64,000 nucleotides of DNA from Candidatus Zixiibacteriota bacterium (GCA_040756055.1 JBFLZR010000009.1:4620-68619), one strand, 5' to 3'. Positions 28,568 through 38,373 are shown, counted from the first letter of the stretch. Numbers and translations: made by a program. The notes: a model not told the origin generated them from the letters alone.

Positions 28568-29770
28568 TTACCCTCTTACCATCTTGACGACTTTATCTGC
28601 TCTTTTCATTGTTTTATAAAAACCGTCGTCGATTCCAAATCTTTTTACGAGTTCGCGTCGCACGGCCAGCGGTTCGGCGATTTCCTTTTTTACCTGAACA
28701 GCGGCTTCGCGATAAAGGCTCACGCCGAGCAGTTGAAAGACATATTCCAACTGTTCGGACAGCATGCTCTCCAACCCTGACATCAGCTTGTGCAGCCTGA
28801 CCTCGGAGGGAAAAGTGCGTGCCGTAGAGACGAACTTTTCGAATGACGGAGACAGGTCGGAAGCCGGGTCAACACCCGGAAAGTAAGTGAAGACGCCGCT
28901 GCGATATTGTGAGGCGAAATCCGCGAAGAGACCGTTGTTTTCTCCGAGGACGTCATCGACCAGACTGCGAATCTTGAAGAAACAATTGTTGTACAGGTGA
29001 AAAAGCACCCCGAGTATTATTTCCTCTTCATCTTCTTTCTCTTCGGGACTGTCCTCGCGCCGACCGACGACTTCAATGAGGTTCCCGACAATAAGACGGT
29101 AGACTGACCGGCAGGTCACGAATTCGCCCATTGGAGAAATATTAATAAGGTCAGGCAGGGTCCGCTCGCCGTTTATCAGAGCCATGACCCGGTATTCTTC
29201 AAGGGAAACGGTTATATCTTCCTTGGTGACCCTGGGAGATTTGGCAAGCGCCAGGAGTACATCATCCGGCGGAAGAACCTTTTGAATCTCCATCCATTCG
29301 TCGATACGACGGGTACCTTCCATGATAACGTTCATGGTGTTCAATTCGATCAGGAAGGGCGCGCTGGAAGGTGCGGCTCCTTCGTGAAAAACGAAGTCGC
29401 CATCCTGCCACGAGAAGAGATTATAAACGATCTCTTCGATCTGCAAGCGGAGGCACTCGGCGATATCGTCTTTGTGGAAAAGATTCATGTCTATCAGCGT
29501 GGTGCCGAGTTGTCTTCCGGTTTGTTTGTGCAGGGCGATGGCCCTGTCCAGATCAGACTTGGTGATTTTACCCCTGCGAAGCAGCATATTGCCGAGCAGA
29601 TCCTCCGACGAGTTCACGGAGGAGGCATAGATTATGTTGCCCCCCTTGAAGGCTACTTCTTTTTGTCGGGTGGCTGTTTTAACTTCGAATATGCCTGTCT
29701 TTTTTCCGGTAGCCAAAAGCTGCAGGATATCCGGAAACGAGACGGTTTTTAAGTTGCCGGCTAAGCTCAT
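28568..29770 (-). CDS. DUF4388 (PatA-N/PATAN-like) domain protein
   Basis: MSLAGNLKTVSFPDILQLLATGKKTG start, LGxxLLxxGxIT-type repeats, FSWQDGDFVF and EGTRRIDEW. Confidence 0.85.
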   Translation of the reverse strand: MSLAGNLKTVSFPDILQLLATGKKTGIFEVKTATRQKEVAFKGGNIIYASSVNSSEDLLGNMLLRRGKITKSDLDRAIALHKQTGRQLGTTLIDMNLFHKDDIAECLRLQIEEIVYNLFSWQDGDFVFHEGAAPSSAPFLIELNTMNVIMEGTRRIDEWMEIQKVLPPDDVLLALAKSPRVTKEDITVSLEEYRVMALINGERTLPDLINISPMGEFVTCRSVYRLIVGNLIEVVGRREDSPEEKEDEEEIILGVLFHLYNNCFFKIRSLVDDVLGENNGLFADFASQYRSGVFTYFPGVDPASDLSPSFEKFVSTARTFPSEVRLHKLMSGLESMLSEQLEYVFQLLGVSLYREAAVQVKKEIAEPLAVRRELVKRFGIDDGFYKTMKRADKVVKMVRG

Positions 29771-29892
29771 TTTTAATCCTCAATCCTGGGTTCAGGATGC
29801 TCTATAGCAGTTCCGATAATTCTTTATAATTATCGGGTATTAGGGCGATTTTCTTTATCGGAAAAAATCCGATGTGGCGGACTCAAAGAAGC

Positions 29893-32151
29893 CTATTTCA
29901 GGTCGAGGCTTAATGTTCCGGCAGCATTCAGGTCCTGGACCTCTACGAGGGGATTATCGGCCGCTGGCCAGGCAATTCGCTGTTCTAATTTTGAACAGAA
30001 TAAGCTTTGGAAGCCCGCTGACTCGAGTTCCAACAATACGTCTTCCGTGACATTCCAGGGTTGGCCAATCACCAGCATTCTTCTGGACCCGCATTTCTGC
30101 GGCAGGCGATTATTCGGCAACAGCTTATGACATATCAGCACTTCCATATTATCGACTTCGACCCAGACACCCGCTTCACCGGGGCGATAGCAGCGCCGAC
30201 CATGACCAGCCGGGGGATACTGATTGGCAAAGACGGTTATTTCGGCGGTCAGGTTGAGGGAATCCATTCGATCGCAGACTTCACGCAGCGCGGCGGAACA
30301 CTGCTTCGGTACGATTATCTGGCGTGAGCGATAGCGGCTGGAGAGCCGTAAAAGATCGTCGATCCCATCGTAGTCTGCGGTCAGGGCAATGATTTTGCCG
30401 ATCGTTTCGATTTCAAGTTCGTCAAGCAGAGGCTGAATTATCCTGGAATCGATCGGATAGTTGCGCCCCTGTATGCCCGTGAAAATCAGGTCAGCCTGGT
30501 TTTGGCCGGTGGGATGAACCGCGGCGCAGACGCCACCGGGAATGTTGAGTAGAGTCAATCTTTGCCCCGCTGTCCAATTGAACGAAGCGAAAAAGGCGGC
30601 AGCAAGCAGGATGTTAGCACCAGTCAAGGCGGAAAATACGAGCACGCGTCTGACAGGTTTCTTGCCGATCGACCACATCGAAAGGGTAAAAAATCCATAG
30701 AAACACACTACGGCCCAAAGTGGAGCATCCGGCACGATTGCGGCGGGCATGTTCTCGCTCCCCAGAAATTGAACCAGGTGTGAGATGACCGCCAGTAACA
30801 GGTTGAGAAGCGAGCCAAACAATGCTCCCAACATCGGCAGTATGAGATGAGATACCAGAACCGTCAGAATACCCGCGACCGCCAGCGAGACCAGAGGTAC
30901 AATCACAAGATTGGCCAGAGGCGAAATCAGCGGCACACGGCCGAAGTAGTAAGCAATCACACCGAGAGAGCACAATTGGGCCACCACCGATACCATTAGA
31001 GGGAAAATCAGCCACCGGTACCACCACTTATTTTGTACGGACCTGAAGAATTCGGCCGCTATCGGAAGAATGACAATCAGTCCCCAGGCTGTAATGAACG
31101 AAAGTTGAAAGCCAACATCGAAAAGTTGCGCCGGGTCATACAGCAGGATTATCATCGCGGTCGCGGCAATGATGTTGTTGAGGTTGTAGCGTCTTTGAAG
31201 CAGCCCGGCCGTTATGACAAGTGTCGCCATCAGAGAGGCCCTGACAACCGACGGTTCTTCATACGACAACAGCGTGAACACGACAATTACAGTGATCAGG
31301 ACAGCCGCCCGTCGCTTCGGCCTGAGCGATAACGGCCTCAACAGCATAATAAAAAACAACAGGACTATGGCGACGTTTGAGCCGGACACCGCCAGCAGAT
31401 GAAGAGTGCCGGAATCCCGAAAACGCTGATAGACTTCGACCGGGATATCTCTGGTTTCACCGATTAGAAATCCTGCAGCCATGGCCGCGCTTTGTGGCGA
31501 CAGATTCGCGTAGAGGGATTCTCTTATGAGATCACGCAATTCATCGATAATGGGAAAGATTGAGTAGCGGTTGCCCTTGTCGACTCTTACGTCAAGCAGG
31601 GTCGGCAAGTAGACTATTCCGAACACCCCTTTCATGTTCAGGTAGCGGCGGTAATCAAAGGCGGCCGAAAAACCGGATGCTCGAAGCGGGTAGATTTTCG
31701 CTTCAAATTCCAGCCGGTCTCCCCTCTGTATGGCCGTGGTAGTATCAGTGACACGCAGAAGAATCGCACCGTCGGGATAAAAGGTTCTGTTCGAGACAAG
31801 AGAATCGATGGACATCTTCAACTCGGTCCGGTCACTTTTCAGGTCGGGCCAGTCGGTCACCTTGCCGAAGATGTGGTATCGCTCAGCGTTTTCGACGAAG
31901 TTTATCACATTTAAGGGCCCGGGATCTACATATCTGATGGAGAATCCGAACGCGGACAGAAACAGCAGCGATAAGCCAAATAACAGCGCCGCCCTTCCCG
32001 AATCAGGGCCGCTGAGATACAACAAGCCACCGGTAGCGGCAATCATGCCGGATGTCAACCAGAGCCATGAGGGTATGTGGAGCTGGTCGGCGAGGACAAT
32101 TCCGCAAACGATGCAAAATAGAATGCCGATAGATGGAAACTTACGCACCAT
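29893..32151 (-). CDS. comEC: ComEC/Rec2 competence protein
   Basis: GFLIGET, FRDSGTLHLLAVSGSNV, SVVRASLM, DVGFQLSF and ANLVIVP; degenerate MBL-like C-terminus. Confidence 0.9.
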   Translation of the reverse strand: MVRKFPSIGILFCIVCGIVLADQLHIPSWLWLTSGMIAATGGLLYLSGPDSGRAALLFGLSLLFLSAFGFSIRYVDPGPLNVINFVENAERYHIFGKVTDWPDLKSDRTELKMSIDSLVSNRTFYPDGAILLRVTDTTTAIQRGDRLEFEAKIYPLRASGFSAAFDYRRYLNMKGVFGIVYLPTLLDVRVDKGNRYSIFPIIDELRDLIRESLYANLSPQSAAMAAGFLIGETRDIPVEVYQRFRDSGTLHLLAVSGSNVAIVLLFFIMLLRPLSLRPKRRAAVLITVIVVFTLLSYEEPSVVRASLMATLVITAGLLQRRYNLNNIIAATAMIILLYDPAQLFDVGFQLSFITAWGLIVILPIAAEFFRSVQNKWWYRWLIFPLMVSVVAQLCSLGVIAYYFGRVPLISPLANLVIVPLVSLAVAGILTVLVSHLILPMLGALFGSLLNLLLAVISHLVQFLGSENMPAAIVPDAPLWAVVCFYGFFTLSMWSIGKKPVRRVLVFSALTGANILLAAAFFASFNWTAGQRLTLLNIPGGVCAAVHPTGQNQADLIFTGIQGRNYPIDSRIIQPLLDELEIETIGKIIALTADYDGIDDLLRLSSRYRSRQIIVPKQCSAALREVCDRMDSLNLTAEITVFANQYPPAGHGRRCYRPGEAGVWVEVDNMEVLICHKLLPNNRLPQKCGSRRMLVIGQPWNVTEDVLLELESAGFQSLFCSKLEQRIAWPAADNPLVEVQDLNAAGTLSLDLK

Positions 32152-32170
32152 CGCTTCGCAAAAGGCTGAG

Positions 32171-33730
32171 TTAGAAAATCCTTTTAATTATATCTTTCAA
32201 TTCTCTGACGCCCATGAGCCAGCAGAAGAGAGCATAAAGCAGCATGCCGGCGATCATCGGCAAAACCAACTGCTCCAGGCGTACTATTATTCTGGCGTTG
32301 CCGCTGTAAAAACTCAATGGCACCAGTTTGGCGATATAAAAGGCCAGAAGTGAAGCCGCGCTGACTCTCAATAGGTTCAGTCCCAGGCGTGGCAGAGAAA
32401 ATTCGACTCCCCGAGACGGAAGGAAGTACAGCAATATGGCAAAATTCAACAGGCCTGAGAGCGATGTGGCCGCCGCCAGGCCCGCGAAATTCAACATCTT
32501 GACCAACGGATAGTAGAGTACGATGTTCAGAGCAACTGATATCACAGAGGCCTTCATCGGAAGTTTGGAATCGTTATTGGCGTAGTAAAAAGGCACGGTA
32601 ACCCTCACTGCCGCAAACCCTACCAGACCGTATGAGTAATGCAGAAGGGCCAGACTGGTGTTCGCTGAGTCCTGTGCCGAAAAGGCGCCCCAGGTGTAGA
32701 TCAGGGTTACGATTTCTTTTCCCATGAGGGCAAGGAACACCGCCGATGGAATGACCACGAACATATTGAGGCCGATGGTCTGGTCAAAAGCCCTTTTGAG
32801 GCCTTCCGAGTCTTTTTTTGCCACAAGTTCAGAGACAGCCGGCAGAGCTACCGTGCCAAGAGCCACGGCAAAGACGCCGAGAGGAAAGTGCATCAGGCGA
32901 TAGGCGTACGACAAAAAGGATATAGAACCTTCCATAAGAAATGATGCCAGAAGAGTGCTCACCAGAATGTTGATACGTCCGGCCGACAGGCCGACTATCA
33001 TGGGGGTCAGCATGTTGACCACTCTCTTGAAGGTTTCATCGAGAAATCCGAACATGGGTCTGAAGCGGTAGCCAACTTTGTACAGAGCCGGCAGTTGTAT
33101 CGCCAACTGGCCCGCCCCTCCCAGAAGTACCCCTATGGCCAGGGTGTAGGCAGGCTGGGAGAAGAACTTGTAGAAAGCCACGACGAAGACAATGATGCCA
33201 AGATTAAACAGAGCGGGCGATATAGCCGGGATTCCGAATCTGCCGAAGGAGTTCAGCATGCCCATCACCAGGGCAGACAACGACACGAGCAGCAAATAAA
33301 CCATCATTACCCTGGTCAGGTTGACAGTGAGTGAGAATTTTTCGGCGATCTCGGTAAACCCGTTGGCCGATATATAGACGATGGCCGGCGAGGCTATAAT
33401 GCCCAGCAGGACTATCAAACCGACTACGAGCAAGATGGCGGTGATGACTATATCGGCAAGGCGAAAGGCTTCTTTCTCGGAGGACGTAACCAGTTTTTCC
33501 TTGAAAATGGGGATAAAAGCGGCCGAGAGCGCGCCTTCAGCGAACAGGTCTCTGAGCAGATTGGGGATTCTGAAGGCAGTCAGAAACGCGTCGGTGGCCA
33601 TGCCGGCGCCAAAGTAATAGGCCATAACCTGTTCTCGGACAAGGCCGAGTATTCTTGAGAAGGCGGTCGCCCCTGAGACCACTCCGGCGGAACCCAGCAG
33701 GCTGTTTTTGTGTATGTTACTTATTGACAA
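32171..33730 (-). CDS. murJ: Lipid II flippase MurJ
   Basis: SRILGLVRE, AFRIPNLLRDLFAEGALSAAF and YAYRLMHFPLGVF. Confidence 0.95.
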   Translation of the reverse strand: MSISNIHKNSLLGSAGVVSGATAFSRILGLVREQVMAYYFGAGMATDAFLTAFRIPNLLRDLFAEGALSAAFIPIFKEKLVTSSEKEAFRLADIVITAILLVVGLIVLLGIIASPAIVYISANGFTEIAEKFSLTVNLTRVMMVYLLLVSLSALVMGMLNSFGRFGIPAISPALFNLGIIVFVVAFYKFFSQPAYTLAIGVLLGGAGQLAIQLPALYKVGYRFRPMFGFLDETFKRVVNMLTPMIVGLSAGRINILVSTLLASFLMEGSISFLSYAYRLMHFPLGVFAVALGTVALPAVSELVAKKDSEGLKRAFDQTIGLNMFVVIPSAVFLALMGKEIVTLIYTWGAFSAQDSANTSLALLHYSYGLVGFAAVRVTVPFYYANNDSKLPMKASVISVALNIVLYYPLVKMLNFAGLAAATSLSGLLNFAILLYFLPSRGVEFSLPRLGLNLLRVSAASLLAFYIAKLVPLSFYSGNARIIVRLEQLVLPMIAGMLLYALFCWLMGVRELKDIIKRIF

Positions 33731-33800
33731 AATTTTCCTGCCGATTATCTTTAGCGATTGGCTTGGATAACATGTTGACTGGAAATAGAAAGGAAAAGCA

Positions 33801-34055
33801 TTGCCGCATCATAAGTCCTGCAAAAAACGGATAAAGACTTCCGAAGCCCGGCGTTTGCGCAACCGTGGTTACACTTCGTACTTGAGAGCCAGCGTTCGGG
33901 AACTTCGGGCTCTCACCAGAAAAGACGAGGCTACACCCAAGTATCGTGAGGTTGTCTCGCTTTTGGATAAGGCGGTTGCGTACGGTCTCATTCATAAAAA
34001 GAATGCCGATCGCAACAAGTCTCGCCTGGCCATCTTTGTTCAGCAACTGGGTTAG
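33801..34055 (+). CDS. rpsT: 30S ribosomal protein S20
   Basis: MPHHKSCKKRIKTSEARRLRN...LDKAV...IHKKNADRNKSRL; TTG start. Confidence 0.93.
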   Translation: MPHHKSCKKRIKTSEARRLRNRGYTSYLRASVRELRALTRKDEATPKYREVVSLLDKAVAYGLIHKKNADRNKSRLAIFVQQLG

Positions 34056-34259
34056 TCTCCCCTTCCGTTAAGAAAGTCGATTATACTGATGCCTCCCGGT
34101 TAATTCCGCGGGGCATCTTTCTTTGAGCTGAAAGACAGGCCCGATGCTGCAAAATCCGTCGGGCGGTCATTCAGCCAACACCACTAATCTACCGGTGTCA
34201 AAATGCAGATTCAACTATTATTTGCGAGTGAAGCCGGGGGTGTAGCGGCCGGATAAACA

Positions 34260-34283
34260 GACGGGCGCCAATCAGCGCCCGTC
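34260..34283. terminator. Hairpin downstream of the M28 peptidase gene
   Basis: GACGGGCGC-CAATCA-GCGCCCGTC perfect 9-bp stem. Confidence 0.55.
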
Positions 34284-34309
34284 GGATGGTATTGACTTTG
34301 TCTGGTGGA

Positions 34310-37033
34310 TCAGTAGACGCAGCCGGGCAGCGGTTCGGTACCACCTTTATAGAAATAGTTGACTATGTAGGTGATGTCGAGCGGGTCGATTTCGCAGTTG
34401 CCGTCGACATCGGCCGCATTGAGATTGGGCGGCGCGGCTCCGCTTTTCCAGACATAGTCAACCATGTATCCCAGATCAAGTGGGTCAACGACTCCGGAAC
34501 CATCGATATCGCACGGAACGTAACCCAGACCCTCGCCCAGAACATTTACAGCCATGGCAATCACGGCTTCGGACGAAGCCGGCGTCAGGAAATAAAGCGG
34601 GAAGGAAAGCACAATGCGCTTGCCGTGGGCAGTTTCGTAAAGCAGCCCGCACGGGAGGCCCTCGAAGGCGGGATTGTCCGTGAACGAGTCAAACGTATAG
34701 ATGACTTCCACTCCGGCCCGAGGGGTCAGTACCGACATATATGGCATCTTCCCGGCCCAGGTATTATCGGTATCCATCGATAGCGATGGCCATCCGTTCT
34801 GTCCGACGGCGCCGACGAAATCATTTTGCGTGTTGATGCTGTGCGCTGCTACACCGAACTCCGCGTAAAGCAGGTGGTCGGTGTCCACCGGTGAGTCCAC
34901 CCATGACGTTACGGTTTTCCATCCTGCGATGAATATGCTTGTCTGATTCGAGGCGTACCACTCCAGGGTCGGTTCACTGTAGCGTGCATCGTTGTTACCG
35001 GAGTCATCATCCAGCCAGAAGATCGAGGAGTAAGGGCCGGCTTTCTGACGGCTCAGAGTATCGGTTGTACCGGCCACGGTATCGATAGCATACGTGGTCG
35101 CGCCGAATATGCTGTCAAAATAGGCTTCCTGTGTTGCCTGTGACGGAAGCACCCAGTCGTCGTAGGTTTCGTCGACCAGCAGAACTCCCTGGTCGAAGGT
35201 ATAGGCCATGCCGCTGACCTGGGCGGAAGGGCCTGATTCGTTCAGGTCATGGTCCACAGCTGTCAGGTAATAAGTATAGGTTGTCAGGGCTTCTACTCCG
35301 GTGTCAACATACACCGTGTCGGTAAGGTTATCTTGGTACAGGACCGCTCCGGAACCATCGTCGCGATAAAGCCTGTAGTGGGACAAATCGGCTTCGCGAT
35401 TGGAGTTCCAATTCAGACCGATCTGGCGGATTCCGATGTTCAGGGATATACCCTGCGGAATCCTGGGAATGATGAGTGGAACCCCGCTCCCTTCGAGCAG
35501 GAAGCTGGCCGGATAAGCGCCTTCGGTTTCACCTTCGACGGCAAAATAATACGCGGTGCCGGTAATGAGACCATCGACCACCCAGGAACACACATCGGTC
35601 GGGATACTAATCGAATAAGGATAGCTGCCTGAGACGGTGCCGTAATGTAATGTGTATGTGTATGCGGGGTCGCAGTCGGTCCAGAACACTTCCAGCGAGT
35701 GTCCGTCACCCTGATCCACGACTTCCTCGATATCTGTGGCGTGGACACTGTTCGCCACGATTCCCACTGAGGCGATGGCCATCTTGACCACTTCGGTAAA
35801 GTACGCGAAATTCATACGTTCGGAAACATCGAGGTTGGTGTGCCAGCCGTCGTAATTGAAGTTGGATTCAATGGCGTCGACAATTTCGAACCCATATCTG
35901 TAGAACGAGTAGTGATCTGAGCTGGTACCCATAGCCCCGGTGATCGGCGTAAGGCTGGTCAGGCGCGTAGCGGCCTGGGCCGAAATCTGGCGGTAAGCGA
36001 GATTTTCGCCGCCCGCGAGATCAATATTGTATTCATTGTAAGGGTCATACCCGACCATATCATAATTGAACATAACTTCGAGATTGGTTCCATTTTCATA
36101 GAATGTCCTGGCCGCGGCGGCGGAACCGTACAGCCCAACTTCTTCTGCCGAGAAAGCCATAAATACAACGGTCTTGCGCAAGGGGACATTAGCGAGGATC
36201 CTCGCCAACTCCAGCATGGTTGTAGTGCCGGACGCGTTATCATCGGCGCCGGGAGCATAGACATACGGTCCCGGGTCCACCCCAAAAGTAATTGAATCGT
36301 AATGACCGCCGACAACTATCACCTTATCCGGCTCGGCGTAGCCAGGCTTGACAGCCATCACGTTGTAATGCCTGTCTCCCCCATAGTAAAACTCCGGTGT
36401 GGTAACATCGGTGTAACCCCAGTCGAGAAATTTCTGCACCATCCAGTCGCGGGCAGCGTCGATTTGAGTGGTCCATATGTATCTGGTTTCAAAATCCTCG
36501 AGGTGGGTGTCGAACTCATAGATGGAATCCTGGCTGACAAGGTCCACCAGCGTGTCGGATGGGTAGCTGTCGAGATACATCAGCAGATCGGTGACTGCCT
36601 TGGATACATAATAATATTCCACGCTGAGTTCTGTAAGGGGTACCGCCTTCCACTTCCCCCTGCCTGTCTGAGAAAGCGCTATCTCGCTGTTGTATGGGCT
36701 GACTTTTAGCCCCATACCTATGTCCACCGATTCGGGGATATTCGATGGCGCCATGTCGGGTTTGCGAGGAGGGAACATGAGATAGGTCGCCGAAGCATCG
36801 ACATCGCGCATGACGATCTCAAACTCAATGCCTGCCTGAGTTAAAAGGTCGGCCTGCTGGGCGTTTACTGAGGCAAGGAAACGATCCTCCACCCGGGTGT
36901 AGGCGGGATCCAGAATCCCTCTGGTTACTTCGGCCTGATAGTAATTTTTGATTGTGACAAGTCCGAGGTCATCGGCTGCCGCTATTGATGATGTGAGGAT
37001 CGCGATTGTCAGAAGAACAGGGAGTGTTTTCAT
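34310..37033 (-). CDS. Secreted M28-family peptidase with FN3 domains and C-terminal dockerin
   Basis: Signal peptide; GGHYDS, GADDNASG, AEEVGLYGS, NYDM and SDHYSF; FN3-like repeats; paired EF-hand dockerin DIDGSGVVDPLD / DVDGNCEIDPLD. Confidence 0.9.
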   Translation of the reverse strand: MKTLPVLLTIAILTSSIAAADDLGLVTIKNYYQAEVTRGILDPAYTRVEDRFLASVNAQQADLLTQAGIEFEIVMRDVDASATYLMFPPRKPDMAPSNIPESVDIGMGLKVSPYNSEIALSQTGRGKWKAVPLTELSVEYYYVSKAVTDLLMYLDSYPSDTLVDLVSQDSIYEFDTHLEDFETRYIWTTQIDAARDWMVQKFLDWGYTDVTTPEFYYGGDRHYNVMAVKPGYAEPDKVIVVGGHYDSITFGVDPGPYVYAPGADDNASGTTTMLELARILANVPLRKTVVFMAFSAEEVGLYGSAAAARTFYENGTNLEVMFNYDMVGYDPYNEYNIDLAGGENLAYRQISAQAATRLTSLTPITGAMGTSSDHYSFYRYGFEIVDAIESNFNYDGWHTNLDVSERMNFAYFTEVVKMAIASVGIVANSVHATDIEEVVDQGDGHSLEVFWTDCDPAYTYTLHYGTVSGSYPYSISIPTDVCSWVVDGLITGTAYYFAVEGETEGAYPASFLLEGSGVPLIIPRIPQGISLNIGIRQIGLNWNSNREADLSHYRLYRDDGSGAVLYQDNLTDTVYVDTGVEALTTYTYYLTAVDHDLNESGPSAQVSGMAYTFDQGVLLVDETYDDWVLPSQATQEAYFDSIFGATTYAIDTVAGTTDTLSRQKAGPYSSIFWLDDDSGNNDARYSEPTLEWYASNQTSIFIAGWKTVTSWVDSPVDTDHLLYAEFGVAAHSINTQNDFVGAVGQNGWPSLSMDTDNTWAGKMPYMSVLTPRAGVEVIYTFDSFTDNPAFEGLPCGLLYETAHGKRIVLSFPLYFLTPASSEAVIAMAVNVLGEGLGYVPCDIDGSGVVDPLDLGYMVDYVWKSGAAPPNLNAADVDGNCEIDPLDITYIVNYFYKGGTEPLPGCVY

Positions 37034-37178
37034 ATTGTCCTAATTGCCTCCCGCCAGACAGTGCTGGAGTTTAATGCCACGCAATTGATAAGTAAATAGC
37101 TGCTGTGAAACCCGCAAATCGGGCTTATAATTTCAATTTAGGCTGATGGGCAGCATTGTCAAGACAAAAGAGGTCCGG

Positions 37179-37691
37179 TTAAACCTTCACACCCTTCTGA
37201 AAGGGCTTAAACTCGATTTTCCTGAGTTCTTCGGCGTCGAAACTGAGCTTAACGTTCTGGTCAACCGGTAAAGAGGGGTACTCCGCGGGAGACACTAAAG
37301 CGCGATTATCCGCCGGCGCAACGTAGCCGATAGCTATCTTGAATTTTTTGGCGTATTCTTCGACAATTTTGCGCCTGACGCTGCCGGGCTTCATGAGAGT
37401 AGAGTTTTCGGTGAAAGCGAAAACCAACTGGGGATTGGACGACAAAATCTGAACGCTTCCGATTTTCTCATCGCTTAGTTTTGTCTTTACAAATTCCAAA
37501 AGTGAGAACAACGCTCCAAACTCCAAGTCCAGAAGTTCGCCTTCGGTACGACAACGAAAGAGGATACCGTAAGCGGGTATCGAGAAACAGATCATTCCCT
37601 TCGAGAAGCCATTGGATTCCAGGAAGGGGTCCAGTCTGGGGCTATTAAAGGCGGCCAGGTAGCATTTGAGCTGCGGTTTTTTCTCGGTCAT
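37179..37691 (-). CDS. Hypothetical protein, probable catalytically degenerate RNase H-like fold
   Basis: LEFGALFSLLEF...VQILSSNPQLV...YVAPADNRAL parallels RNase HI AEYxALxxxLE...VxIxSDSxLV...WVPRxxNxxAD. ATG 37691 preferred. Confidence 0.6.
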   Translation of the reverse strand: MTEKKPQLKCYLAAFNSPRLDPFLESNGFSKGMICFSIPAYGILFRCRTEGELLDLEFGALFSLLEFVKTKLSDEKIGSVQILSSNPQLVFAFTENSTLMKPGSVRRKIVEEYAKKFKIAIGYVAPADNRALVSPAEYPSLPVDQNVKLSFDAEELRKIEFKPFQKGVKV

Positions 37692-37703
37692 GTCAAATAG
37701 AGA

Positions 37704-37720
37704 TGCAAGCACGGTGCCAA
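37704..37720 (-). promoter_or_regulatory. Sigma54 -24/-12 promoter
   Basis: Minus strand TTGGCAC-CGTGC-TTGCA is an exact TGGCAC-N5-TTGCW consensus. Confidence 0.7.
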
Positions 37721-37836
37721 CCTCAATATGTCACATGAAGTGCTTGTTTGACTTGAACTTACTTGAAAAAGCAGTATGACGGGCCGGACCTGAGAGGCGG
37801 TCGAATTTCAGAGATGTTGAAATACTTTATAACCTT

Positions 37837-38268
37837 TTAGCCGACCGATTTCATCAATTCGTTTTTCATATTCGGGTCGGCTTCAATATACTTGCCGGTG
37901 GCTGTGGCATATACCTGGTCATTCTCGCCCATTGCCACGCCCTCGGTAAAGGTCACCCTTCCCTTAGTCTTTATCACTCGACCGGTGAACCGTACTCTTT
38001 CGCCCACCCTTACAGGAAGCAGATAGCGCACTGTAAGCTCCACCGTAACGGCGTATTTTTCTTCGGCCAGGATAGCCTTGATCATAACTTCATCGAGAAG
38101 TGCGGAGATTATCCCACCGTGATATATGCCGCGGTAACCTTCGAAACAGTCGCTGGCCACGATATCCGTTGTAGCTTTCTCTCCGTCGAACAGAAATTTC
38201 GCCTTAAGGCCGTGATTGTTGGAATCGCCGCAGACAAAACACTTGGAATATTTGAGTACTTCCTTCAT
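37837..38268 (-). CDS. PaaI-family hotdog-fold thioesterase
   Basis: CFVCGDSNNHGL, GIYHGGIISALLDE and VELTVRYLLPV. Confidence 0.9.
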   Translation of the reverse strand: MKEVLKYSKCFVCGDSNNHGLKAKFLFDGEKATTDIVASDCFEGYRGIYHGGIISALLDEVMIKAILAEEKYAVTVELTVRYLLPVRVGERVRFTGRVIKTKGRVTFTEGVAMGENDQVYATATGKYIEADPNMKNELMKSVG

Positions 38269-38319
38269 GGCGCTAATTGTACTTATGATCAGGCGCGAAG
38301 TCAATGATACTAATTGACC

Positions 38320-38347
38320 AAAAAAAGCCCGGTCAACGACCGGGCTT
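38320..38347 (-). terminator. Rho-independent terminator after argF
   Basis: AAGCCCGGTC-AAC-GACCGGGCTT with an A7 tract on +. Confidence 0.8.
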
Positions 38348-38373
38348 CACTATTTGATATGCATCGTCAGGGA

